NCBI GenBank assembly: GCA_030628785.1
Contig: DAOVQI010000001.1
Location: 1 to 30,594 of the forward strand
Length of the DNA: 30,594 bases
Origin: Bacteroidota bacterium
GTDB lineage: Bacteria; Bacteroidota; Bacteroidia; Bacteroidales; VadinHA17
Reading direction: 5' to 3'
Shown here: positions 1-8,518 of the stretch, one piece after another
Layout of the letters: every line of letters begins with the position of its first letter
Position numbering within the stretch: position 1 is the stretch's first letter
The notes under the pieces: generated by a model
Told to the model about the DNA's origin: nothing
Seen by the model: the letters and a program-made list of their open reading frames with translations, nothing else
The model's database searches: none
Translations under genes and position numbers: made by a program

Positions 1-225
1 ACAAATTTCATAAACCAAAAGAATTGGATGCCAGGCAAATTCCAGTGGCAAACCGGATATGGAGGATTTTCGTATTCAAGATCACAAATTGATTATGTAA
101 TAAATTACATCAAAAACCAAAAAGCCCATCATCAGAAGAAAACATTTAAAGAAGAATATTTGGAGTTTTTGCGAGATTTTGAAGTTGATTATAATCCTGA
201 TTTCCTTTTTGATTTCTTTGAATAG
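1..225 (+). CDS. tnpA: IS200/IS605-family (Y1 HUH) transposase or RAYT-like protein, 3' part; runs off the left edge
   Basis: Frame is open from base 1 (TNFINQKNWMPGKFQWQTGYGGFSYSRSQIDYVINYIKNQKAHH). FxWQxGYxxFS and YIxNQxxHH (catalytic Tyr helix) are typical Y1_Tnp C-terminal motifs. No tnpB follows. Confidence 0.9.
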   Translation, partial: TNFINQKNWMPGKFQWQTGYGGFSYSRSQIDYVINYIKNQKAHHQKKTFKEEYLEFLRDFEVDYNPDFLFDFFE

Positions 226-242
226 GAATGTAAAATAATATT

Positions 243-318
243 AATAATCAAACTCCGATGGAGTTTTAATTTACTTATAGGGCGGTTTTATTACAATAAT
301 CCAAGACCGATGGTCTTG
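243..318 (+). repeat. Two REP-like hairpins downstream of tnpA
   Basis: taataat-c-AAACTCC-gat-GGAGTTT (stem 250-266) and ttacaataat-c-CAAGACC-gat-GGTCTTG (stem 302-318): same leader and loop, different stems. Confidence 0.75.
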
Positions 319-444
319 TTTTTGGATAGCAACTTAAGTGTTGAGAGAACTAATATTTACCTATGCATTATCTGGATGAACCAAAAAAATTTTAAACATA
401 CATTTTAAAACATAACTAATTTTTACTTAAAACTCCTGATAATT

Positions 445-2535
445 ATGAAAAATAACGTACTCTTTACCATCTTATCTTTTTGTATTCTTGCTATTCTGTT
501 TTCCTGCACTAACGAGAGAGTTACACTGGAAACATTATTAGAAGAAATGACTGACCGTGAAGCGCTTACGTATTTTCCGGAACCTGCTTACACCATAAAA
601 CAGTTCAGTAGCTATGACAGGAAGAGCGTATCTCCGGAAAAAAACGGCTGGTTTGCTAACAGGGACTATACGCATTTTATCCGGGAAGATACCATTGAAG
701 GCAGACACGAATTTGTACTATTTGACAGTGAAGGTCCTGGCGGGATAGTCCGGTTTTGGATGACCTTTGCAGGCCAGGGAGCTTCGGAAGGTACATTACG
801 AATATATCTTGACAACGGGGAAGAACCGGTAATTGCAGATAGTGTGCTAAAAATCCTTAGCGGTGGTTTGCTGGCCGGAGAACCGCTAAGCACTTCAGTA
901 TCTCCCGAAACCGAATACCAGCGGCGGGGCCATAATCTTTATCTGCCATTACCCTATGCTGAACATTGCAAGATCACCTACGAATGTGATGCCATTGAAA
1001 TTGACGGTGATAAGCGCAAACCAAGTATTTACTATAACATCAACTATCGAACCTATGCCAAAGGTACGAAAGTGGAGAGCTTTTCAACCAAAGTACTTAC
1101 AGGAGCCAAACCTTTGGTAGAAAAAACGTGTAAAACATTGCTCAGACCTGATTTCACCGGTAAAAAGGCGGAAAGTCATTCCGGATCTCAAATCCTTAAA
1201 CCCGGGGATCATCTTACATTTGAGCTGAAAGACAAAAACAAAGCCATTCGCAAAATATCGGTAAAACTCGCTGCTGAAAACTTGAACCAGGCATTGCGAT
1301 CAACAGTGTTTTCCTCTTCGTTTGACGGCAACCAAACAATCTGGGTGCCAGTGGGTGAATTTTTCGGAACAGGGTACCAACTCTTTCCTTCAAAAACCTG
1401 GTACAGCGAAGTATCAGTCGATGGTCAGATGACAGCATGGTGGATAATGCCCTACCAGGACAACTGCACGATAAAACTAACCAATTATGGAGAACAGGAG
1501 GTTGAAGTTAATGCAGAAATTCACACTACTGACTACAACTGGAAAAAATCGAGCATGTATTTCGGAGTCGCATGGCACGAGCACCACCAGATCCACAGTG
1601 CAAAACCCGACCCGACCCAGGATGGCGACTGGCATTTTGATGTTAATTACGTAAACCTTGAAGGACAAGGTCTTTATGTTGGTGATGCGCTTACTGTTTT
1701 TAATACTGCCGATGCCTGGTGGGGAGAAGGCGACGAAAAGATCTTCGTTGATGGTGAAGCATTTCCTTCATGTATCGGGACCGGTACTGAAGATTACTAC
1801 GGATATGCCTGGTGCCGTCCTGAAAAATTCTCACATCCATTTATTGCCCAACCTACCGGTGCAGGCAATTTCCATCCGGGAATGACAGTTAACATGCGCT
1901 ACAGGGCTCTGGACGCTATCCCCTTTACTACCAGAATTCAGTCAGATATCGAACTTTGGCATTGGGCACAAACCATTATGAACTACGCCATGACATCATA
2001 CTGGTATGCAAAACCGTCTTTTACCTACAATATAAAACCCGGCGTGGAAACAGTAAAAATACCGGTAGCTCTCAAACGTTCCGATATATACCCGCCGGTA
2101 GTGAATGAACAAGGAATTCTGGAAGGTGAAATGCTCGAGGTAGTAAAGATCGACGGTGGTACAGCCGGGGTTCAATCCGGCAAACAATTTGGCTGGAGCA
2201 AAAATGCCCAGTTATGGTGGCGGCATGCAGAAAAAGGTAATCAGTTAGAAATGCGATTTTATATCAAGGAAGAAGGAACATATGCAACTACCGGGAAGCT
2301 CACTAAAGCAGCAGATTATGGGATTGTTCGATTTGAATTAAACGGGAAACCTGCCGGAAGATCTTTCAATGGTTACTTGCCCGACGATGTAAAAACCTAT
2401 CCGTTTAATTTCGGGACCCACAAATTAAATGCCGGTGAAAACATTCTAACGGTACTAATTGTGAGTAAAGACCCAAAAGCTAAGCCCGGCAATATGGCAG
2501 GGATTGATTTTATGAGGTTTGAGAAGATTAAATAA
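445..2535 (+). CDS. DUF2961 / GH172-family glycoside hydrolase lipoprotein with C-terminal beta-sandwich (CBM-like) domain
   Basis: Lipobox LFSC; GPGGIVRFWMT; WWGEGDEKIFVDGE and GTGTEDYYG motifs typical of DUF2961/GH172. Confidence 0.85.
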   Translation: MKNNVLFTILSFCILAILFSCTNERVTLETLLEEMTDREALTYFPEPAYTIKQFSSYDRKSVSPEKNGWFANRDYTHFIREDTIEGRHEFVLFDSEGPGGIVRFWMTFAGQGASEGTLRIYLDNGEEPVIADSVLKILSGGLLAGEPLSTSVSPETEYQRRGHNLYLPLPYAEHCKITYECDAIEIDGDKRKPSIYYNINYRTYAKGTKVESFSTKVLTGAKPLVEKTCKTLLRPDFTGKKAESHSGSQILKPGDHLTFELKDKNKAIRKISVKLAAENLNQALRSTVFSSSFDGNQTIWVPVGEFFGTGYQLFPSKTWYSEVSVDGQMTAWWIMPYQDNCTIKLTNYGEQEVEVNAEIHTTDYNWKKSSMYFGVAWHEHHQIHSAKPDPTQDGDWHFDVNYVNLEGQGLYVGDALTVFNTADAWWGEGDEKIFVDGEAFPSCIGTGTEDYYGYAWCRPEKFSHPFIAQPTGAGNFHPGMTVNMRYRALDAIPFTTRIQSDIELWHWAQTIMNYAMTSYWYAKPSFTYNIKPGVETVKIPVALKRSDIYPPVVNEQGILEGEMLEVVKIDGGTAGVQSGKQFGWSKNAQLWWRHAEKGNQLEMRFYIKEEGTYATTGKLTKAADYGIVRFELNGKPAGRSFNGYLPDDVKTYPFNFGTHKLNAGENILTVLIVSKDPKAKPGNMAGIDFMRFEKIK

Positions 2536-2564
2536 GGTGTAAAAGAATTTTTAAGGCACTTTGT

Positions 2565-2600
2565 TATTACCATGCTGTCGGTTGTTTCCAACCGACAGTT
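2565..2600. repeat. 36-bp direct repeat, copy 1 (contains 10-bp stem hairpin)
   Basis: tattaccatgCTGTCGGTTG-tttc-CAACCGACAGtt, identical to 17454-17489. Confidence 0.95.
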
Positions 2601-2601
2601 C

Positions 2602-3065
2602 TCATTCAATTTTGGTTATAGTTTTATTCGTTTGTTTCAGTAATTCTTCCAATTGCCCATCTTTACTGACATAACCAACTGTTATTTTATCAGCGAGGTC
2701 TGTCATTAATTGATTTCTTGTTTGTGCTGTTTTTCGGTAACTCTTTTTACTGATTTGTCAAACGGTGTAATGATTAAAAGTCTGTTTTGTTCTATTGCTG
2801 TTTTAAATTCCGGTTCTAAATTTTCTTTAATTCCTCTTGCCAATACTAAGATGATAGGTTGCTGTCCTTTGAGTAAATAATGTAACACATCTTTTTCTAT
2901 CTGGCTGTGAAATCCGCTAATTATGCAATTTCCTTTTTCCCGTTGCTCAATAGCCCAATCATAACATTTAAGTACTACACTTGCCAGGACTTTTCTGCTG
3001 CAAAGAAATGCTGTTTTCGGTAGATTTAAAATTTCGATATTTCCTTTGTACTCTTTTATTTTCAT
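2602..3065 (-). pseudogene. Short DprA/SMF-like (SLOG Rossmann-fold) protein with a single 1-nt frameshift
   Basis: ORF 2706-3065 (KTAFLCSRK...IISGFHSQIEKDVL...LIITPF) continues in another frame as EKTAQTRNQLMTDLADKITVGYVSKDGQLEELLKQTNKTITKIE* (TGA at 2602-2604) if the T5 run at 2730-2734 were T6; restored length 154 aa. Confidence 0.8.
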
Positions 3066-3087
3066 ACTTTACACAAAATTATTGAAG

Positions 3088-3240
3088 TATCCGGTTATAT
3101 CCGGTTATCCAACTTGGTCCAGTGATTTAATAATTAATTGTATATCATGTGATTTGGTTCGTGATTAGAATAATATCCGGTAATTTCCGGTAAAAAGTAA
3201 ATAACGAGAATAGAATTGAATATCTGATAATTTCCGGTGA
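3088..3240. repeat. Five TCCGGT-core repeats, two pairs with 10-bp period, upstream of the DprA-like gene
   Basis: tatccggtta x2 (3088-3107), taatatccgg-taatttccgg-taa (3171-3193), taatttccggtga (3228-3240). Confidence 0.7.
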
Positions 3241-3250
3241 CAATCTTTAT

Positions 3251-3292
3251 TTTTATGCTTCTAGCAAGAACAAGAATTAAAGGCTGTTTTTT
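3251..3292 (-). pseudogene. Fossil fragment of a second DprA-like gene
   Basis: Translates KKQPLILVLARSIK versus GQQPIILVLARGIK in the neighbouring gene (2826-2867); no ATG start in that frame. Confidence 0.65.
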
Positions 3293-3300
3293 GTAAATTA

Positions 3301-3333
3301 TTTGCTTTTGTCATTCTAATTGTATTACCTTTG
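3301..3333 (+). promoter_or_regulatory. Bacteroidota sigma-A type promoter (-33 TTTG / -7 TAnnTTTG)
   Basis: TTTG at 3301-3304, 21-nt spacer, TACCTTTG at 3326-3333. Confidence 0.65.
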
Positions 3334-3339
3334 CTGTAC

Positions 3340-3401
3340 AAACATCACCAAAGATAGCATCTTTGGTCCGACGCCTTACGAAGTAGGGCGTTTCTTTTTT
3401 T
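3340..3401 (+). ncRNA. Candidate ~60-nt two-hairpin small RNA ending in an intrinsic terminator
   Basis: Follows the promoter. Hairpin ACCAAAGAT-agc-ATCTTTGGT (3347-3367), hairpin ACGCCTTAC-gaa-GTAGGGCGT (3371-3391), then TTCTTTTTTT. No ORF. Confidence 0.55.
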
Positions 3402-3406
3402 ATAGC

Positions 3407-3525
3407 TTACTCATCATACTCGTTATCTTCCTTCCCAAACAACTCTTTCCCCTCCTGTACTTTATATTGTAATTAATGATAAAATAAAGTTCCTCTTCCG
3501 AAAAGCCATAATGTTCCGCAAAAAC
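3407..3525 (-). pseudogene. Relic 3' tail of a second Eco57I-like methyltransferase allele
   Basis: Reads VFAEHYGFSEEELYFIINYNIKYR-(1-nt deletion)-GKELFGKEDNEYDE*, matching VLAEHYGFTQEELDFIINYDIKYRMGKELEKGEMNE* of the intact gene; 3441-3525 aligns to 5261-5346 at 70/86 by hand. Confidence 0.9.
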
Positions 3526-3529
3526 ATAT

Positions 3530-4057
3530 TTATCTCTTTTTCCTTTCCATTTTTAATTCTCTTTCAACAAAAAAATCGTAAATATCAATACACCTGACAC
3601 CATGCTTTGCGGAAACTCCCGGAATTTTATTCGGTTTGTTTTTGTTCTCATTCGTGATCAGAACAAAATTGTTTACTTTACAATATGCAATCAGGTAAGG
3701 ATCGGCTTCTTCCTGACCTTCGGCAAGTTTTTTGGCATTGAAGAAGCCTGTGTCATACTCTTCATTGATAATCGGAATAGCTGCATTTATACATTCTTCA
3801 TCTGAAGGAAATACGAAGGTCTTCTTCCACTTTTTCACCCATTTCTTAAGAAAATCTTCCTTGCCTTCATAGTTGTTTATTTCTTCTTCTACAAAATCAA
3901 TGGTTCTGAAACGACCCTGTTTGATAAGTTCTTCTATTTCTTCCCAAATAGCGGAAAATACAGGATTGTCATACTTAAAAGTTGATTCAAGCATAATCAA
4001 TCCGCTTGTATCAATCACATAAACAACATTGTCTTTATCGTCAAAGCCTAATTTCAT
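3530..4057 (-). CDS. DUF4411-family PIN-domain protein (putative RNase toxin)
   Basis: PIN-type acidic motifs YVIDTSGLI, EADPYLIA, LITNE and KIPGVSAKHGVRCIDI; 3 nt downstream of the ImmA-like gene. Confidence 0.85.
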   Translation of the reverse strand: MKLGFDDKDNVVYVIDTSGLIMLESTFKYDNPVFSAIWEEIEELIKQGRFRTIDFVEEEINNYEGKEDFLKKWVKKWKKTFVFPSDEECINAAIPIINEEYDTGFFNAKKLAEGQEEADPYLIAYCKVNNFVLITNENKNKPNKIPGVSAKHGVRCIDIYDFFVERELKMERKKR

Positions 4058-4060
4058 GAA

Positions 4061-5212
4061 TTAAGCATTAAGCAATTGACGGGTTTTGGGGATGTATGAA
4101 AGCTTAACCCCCAAAAAGTCCGACAAATCTTTAAGGTCAATCTTGTTTTGGTCAAATGCCTTGAATGCAAGGCTGATATATGTGCGACCCCGTTCTTTTA
4201 TGGTTTCCTTTGGAATATTTCTTCCTTCCGGAGTTTTGCTAATACCAAAAGTTGGCTTGCTCCATGCATCGTGTTTTTCTTTGTAGAAAGCAGATGTCGT
4301 AAGGTTATTTTCCAGTAAACACCTTAAAATAGCTAAAGGCCCGACATGAAAATGATTGGCTAATTCAACCAAATCCTTCTTTGCCCAGTTTTTCTCATTT
4401 TTTGAAACATATTGACGGACAAGATTCATTTTTAACAACTGAGCTGATGGAACTAATAATTCGGCTGCAAAAGCATTACACCATTTTTCAATTTGCTTTG
4501 CATTCGGATCAAAGTTTATATCGCAAATACCTCCTTCATTAAGCAGTATATGGCCTAATTCATGAAATAATGTAAATATTTTGGCAGTTGGCTGTTCCCC
4601 GCCTCGTTTTATGGAAATAACCGGCATTTGCTCATCTATTATCGAGAACCCACGAAGATTATCTTGTGTCAGGCTCAACTGAAAAACTGCTACGCCTAAA
4701 GATTCGACATGTTCAATGTAGGCATCCAGGGCATCATTTACATTTTCAAGTTGCCTGAATTCATCAAGTTCCCATTCAATACGAAGTTTATGGGAAATAG
4801 CAACAGGCGATTCTTCAATGTTTGCTCTGAATTGAAAAGGCTGAATGGGAAGACCTGCTTCTTCTTTCAATTCAATTAATGATGAAACCAATGCCCGGGC
4901 TTTACGAACAGCCATAATGGTTTTCTCATGGAAAATATCAAGTTTAGCAGAATCAATGGTACGTCTGTCTTTGGGCAACGGTTTCTCTTTGGGAGGCTTT
5001 TGTAATAAAAGTGTTGCAACAGTACGATTATAGGTTTTAGCCATAGACTTAAGTTCGTCCATTGAAGGATATTTTTCACCGTTTTCCAATTGTTCTAAAC
5101 GGGAAATGCTTATCAGGGTGCTTTCTGCCGCTTTGGGTTTGCTAAGCACAAGGGAATCTCTTGCCCATTTAAGGACCTCAGGATTTGTCTTAATATGAAT
5201 TACTTCTGCCAT
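4061..5212 (-). CDS. XRE HTH + ImmA/IrrE-family Zn metallopeptidase (putative antitoxin/regulator)
   Basis: N-terminal HTH (LKWARDSLVLSK...LEQLENGEKYPS), FTLFHELGH (HExxH), EKWCNAFAAELLVP. Confidence 0.9.
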   Translation of the reverse strand: MAEVIHIKTNPEVLKWARDSLVLSKPKAAESTLISISRLEQLENGEKYPSMDELKSMAKTYNRTVATLLLQKPPKEKPLPKDRRTIDSAKLDIFHEKTIMAVRKARALVSSLIELKEEAGLPIQPFQFRANIEESPVAISHKLRIEWELDEFRQLENVNDALDAYIEHVESLGVAVFQLSLTQDNLRGFSIIDEQMPVISIKRGGEQPTAKIFTLFHELGHILLNEGGICDINFDPNAKQIEKWCNAFAAELLVPSAQLLKMNLVRQYVSKNEKNWAKKDLVELANHFHVGPLAILRCLLENNLTTSAFYKEKHDAWSKPTFGISKTPEGRNIPKETIKERGRTYISLAFKAFDQNKIDLKDLSDFLGVKLSYIPKTRQLLNA

Positions 5213-5235
5213 TGTAATACAAAATTAATTTAATT

Positions 5236-8200
5236 TTACTCATTCATCTCCCCTTTCTCCAACTCCTTACCCATCCTGTACTTGATATCGTAGTTAATAA
5301 TAAAATCCAGCTCCTCCTGCGTAAAACCATAATGCTCCGCTAAAACCTTGTCGATTTCGTCTATGATAGATTTGGATTTTTTCTTTCGGTAAACATATGA
5401 TTCTACAATGCCTCTGGTAGAACTATGTGTCACTAAAGATTTTTTATTGTAATCAAGATCATTTTCTAGCTTGTCTGAAAGGTCAATTAGTTTTATATTA
5501 TCTCTGTAATTACTTTTAAAAGAGAAAATCATATAATCCTTAATATTAAACATATCAAAATTTACTGCATAATACCACCAGAATAAGTTTGAATTCAACG
5601 CACTCATAAAAAATTTTGATTTGAATTCTGATTGAAAACTAGCAGATTTGTTACTAAGTGATTCAGAATTAAATCCTTCATTCAAAAATATTAACCAATA
5701 TCTTGCTCCTGCTGTACGATAATGTATCTCATTCGAATAAACTTTTCTTGGTGATAAATATTCTTTAATCTTCTTCTGTTCAATGAATTTATTATAAATA
5801 GATTTTTCTATACTACTTGTTGATAAACGCCAAATTGTTGAATTGAAAATCCCAGTTGAATAATAAATAGAATTAAATAAACTATCTCTTTGTTCAGCAT
5901 TCCAACGTAAAACTTGGGTTGTGAATATTTTTTTTGAATTACCCCTTGTTATGAAAATCGTTAGTCTTTGATCTACACCCTCAAATAATTTTGATGGTCT
6001 TATTTCAAAATGGCTATAATACTTTGTTCCTTTCTCTTCCAGAAGACATCTCAAATCATACATATTATTGTTCGATACTGAAGTCAATGGTATAATCATT
6101 CCAACATTATTATCATCTCTTATCAGTTGAAAGGATCTTTCAATTATGTAAGCATAGAGATTACTACATTTTTCAGTTTTGTAATTAATTATTTTATAGG
6201 TATTTCTTATCTTCGTATATTCTACATATGGCGGATTCCCAATGATCACATCAAAACCGCCTTTATCGTGAATAATTTCATAAAACTCTGCAAACCAGTG
6301 GAAGGGTTGGTGGCTGGTGAGCCAGTCGCTGTATTTAATTTTCTCAGCTTGTTTATGTAAAAGCAGGTTAAGTTCGTGATTTAGTTCTTTTAGGCGTTTG
6401 TTGAGTTCATCTTTGGCTTCTTTAAAATCCTTGTAATCTTCGCCACTACCCAATTGTATTTCCTTATAACGTTGGAAGGTGCGGGCAACAATATCGCATT
6501 TTTCTTCAATTTCCTGTTTTACAATTGCACCCATCATGTCCTCAACAAGGCTTTTCTCCAATTCCTTTTCTGTTGCAAAACCAACCAGCGTATTTCCTGC
6601 CCGGATGTTAAAATCAATGTCGGGTAAAGGTTCCAGTCCCAAGTTGGGTTTATGATAATCGACATCAACCGTGGCAACCAGTTTCAGGAACAAACGGAGC
6701 TTTGCAATCTCAACGGCTTCTCTCATGATGTCAACCCCGTAAAGATTGTTAAGGATGATCTTTTTATAAATGTAGTATTTATCGCCGGGATGTTTGTCCA
6801 TTTCCAACAGCACTTCACGGAAATTGCTATGCTTTTTTAGCTGTCCTTTTTCATCGGCTTCTTTTACAAAATCGTGCATGCGGGTTATACAGGTTTCATA
6901 AAGCGGTTCAAGGATATTGAGAGCAGCGAATAAAAATGCACCCGAACCACAGGTAGGGTCCAGAATGGTTAACTTGCTGATGGCCTTGTAAAATGCATTG
7001 ATAAAATCGGAACCCTCATATTGTTCTACTGCGTCCTGAGCAAACTGTCGGATATTCAGGTTGTAAGTAATAAAATCATTTATCTCCCTGATCTTATCGT
7101 TTTCAAGTTTCTTTTTCACTTCGAAATAACGGTTGCGGCGTTCCACCACCTCTCGCCAGATTTCGGTGTAAAGGGCAATATCCTCCGGAGCGTATTTGTT
7201 CCAGGCTTTGCGTCTCTCCAGCAGGTCAGGTTTTCCGGTATCCAACCCAATCACTATTTCTTCGGGATAATCTTTGTATTTTTTTTCACCCGTTTCAGGA
7301 TCCAGATCATATATGCCATGTTGTACAGCAGGATAGATATACCTATCGGGGTCTTCACGTAGCATTTGCCATAAGCTGCTGTCTTCTCGGAACGCATTGG
7401 CACACTCCTTCTTAACCTGGTCGAACAGAAAAGGGATCACCGTGTTTTTACTAATGTATTCCGTAATATCCTCTTTGGTGTAATAAGCGCCCATGGCTGC
7501 CCGGTCGTTGATGTATTTCTCAAAAATATATCCGATCACATCGGGATTGATGTCTTTACCGGTAGCCGTGATGGTTGTATCAAGGTGCCAGTTATATTCA
7601 TCGAAAAAATCAAATATTTTTCTAAATGCGTCGTCTTTGATCTGAATGTCGTAATCCTTCTCCAGTTCATGAATATCAAACAAGCCACCATTCAGGTAAG
7701 GAATTATGCCAAGGTCAGTTTCTAATTGTTCATTTATTTCAGGACTGCCCAATCCTTTATGGAATAAAACCAACAGGAAATTCTTGTAGAAGGAGTAGAA
7801 TTTATCTTTTCCTTTTTTCTTCTGCGTTTCGTAGAGTTTGTCGCTAAGGTAATTTAGGTTCTTATCTAAGAACCCTTTCCGCTGGATGAAGTATATAAAC
7901 ATCAACCGGTTCAGCATCAATGATGCATACCAGTCTTTGTTCACTTTATTTTCTATTCCTTCGATAAAACTGAGAAAAATTGCATGCTCTTTTTTAAACT
8001 GGTCATAAAAAACCTTTGTAACTTTTTCAGCATTCTGATTGAATTGTTCCGTGACCCTTAATTTTACATCGGCAATACCAATATTTTCCTCTTCGTCAAT
8101 ACTGAAAAAAAGACCTGCCAATTTCTGATAGAGGTATTCGGGTTCCTGGTTGGTATAATACTCAACTTCGCGTATAACAATCGGTTTGTTTGGCTCACGG

Positions 8201-8514
8201 ATAGCGAGCTGCCAGACCTGCTTATTAACTTTTTCACCGGTAAATATGATCAGGTGTTCATAGAATTTTTTAGCAATATTGCGTTCAATTTTTTTGCGCT
8301 CTGTTTTATCTGGAAATCCTCCGTTTTTACCTGTACAATTGAGAATAATAAAGTCTCTTTTTTCGGCAACGGCATTCAATTCATAGTGATTATCTCCAGC
8401 TATAACCGGTATTGTTAACTCAGCGAAATCCCATCCCAACTCGTTAAAAAGTTCACTGAATTTTCTTGAAGTAACAAGTTCTTTAAATTTCTTTTTAGAA
8501 ATGGGCTGATCCAT
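5236..8514 (-). CDS. Eco57I-like (type IIG/IIL-class) N6-adenine DNA methyltransferase with C-terminal target-recognition region
   Basis: GAYYTKEDITEYI, motif I ILDPTCGSGAFL (~6931-6966), NNLYGVDI, motif IV FDVIIGNPPY (~6226-6255), YLNGGLF. Confidence 0.92.
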   Translation of the reverse strand: MDQPISKKKFKELVTSRKFSELFNELGWDFAELTIPVIAGDNHYELNAVAEKRDFIILNCTGKNGGFPDKTERKKIERNIAKKFYEHLIIFTGEKVNKQVWQLAIREPNKPIVIREVEYYTNQEPEYLYQKLAGLFFSIDEEENIGIADVKLRVTEQFNQNAEKVTKVFYDQFKKEHAIFLSFIEGIENKVNKDWYASLMLNRLMFIYFIQRKGFLDKNLNYLSDKLYETQKKKGKDKFYSFYKNFLLVLFHKGLGSPEINEQLETDLGIIPYLNGGLFDIHELEKDYDIQIKDDAFRKIFDFFDEYNWHLDTTITATGKDINPDVIGYIFEKYINDRAAMGAYYTKEDITEYISKNTVIPFLFDQVKKECANAFREDSSLWQMLREDPDRYIYPAVQHGIYDLDPETGEKKYKDYPEEIVIGLDTGKPDLLERRKAWNKYAPEDIALYTEIWREVVERRNRYFEVKKKLENDKIREINDFITYNLNIRQFAQDAVEQYEGSDFINAFYKAISKLTILDPTCGSGAFLFAALNILEPLYETCITRMHDFVKEADEKGQLKKHSNFREVLLEMDKHPGDKYYIYKKIILNNLYGVDIMREAVEIAKLRLFLKLVATVDVDYHKPNLGLEPLPDIDFNIRAGNTLVGFATEKELEKSLVEDMMGAIVKQEIEEKCDIVARTFQRYKEIQLGSGEDYKDFKEAKDELNKRLKELNHELNLLLHKQAEKIKYSDWLTSHQPFHWFAEFYEIIHDKGGFDVIIGNPPYVEYTKIRNTYKIINYKTEKCSNLYAYIIERSFQLIRDDNNVGMIIPLTSVSNNNMYDLRCLLEEKGTKYYSHFEIRPSKLFEGVDQRLTIFITRGNSKKIFTTQVLRWNAEQRDSLFNSIYYSTGIFNSTIWRLSTSSIEKSIYNKFIEQKKIKEYLSPRKVYSNEIHYRTAGARYWLIFLNEGFNSESLSNKSASFQSEFKSKFFMSALNSNLFWWYYAVNFDMFNIKDYMIFSFKSNYRDNIKLIDLSDKLENDLDYNKKSLVTHSSTRGIVESYVYRKKKSKSIIDEIDKVLAEHYGFTQEELDFIINYDIKYRMGKELEKGEMNE

Positions 8515-8518
8515 AAGC

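Noticed and set aside
226-444. tnpB or other IS605 cargo after tnpA
   Set aside because: No ORF of suitable size or RuvC/zinc-finger motifs; only short hairpins.
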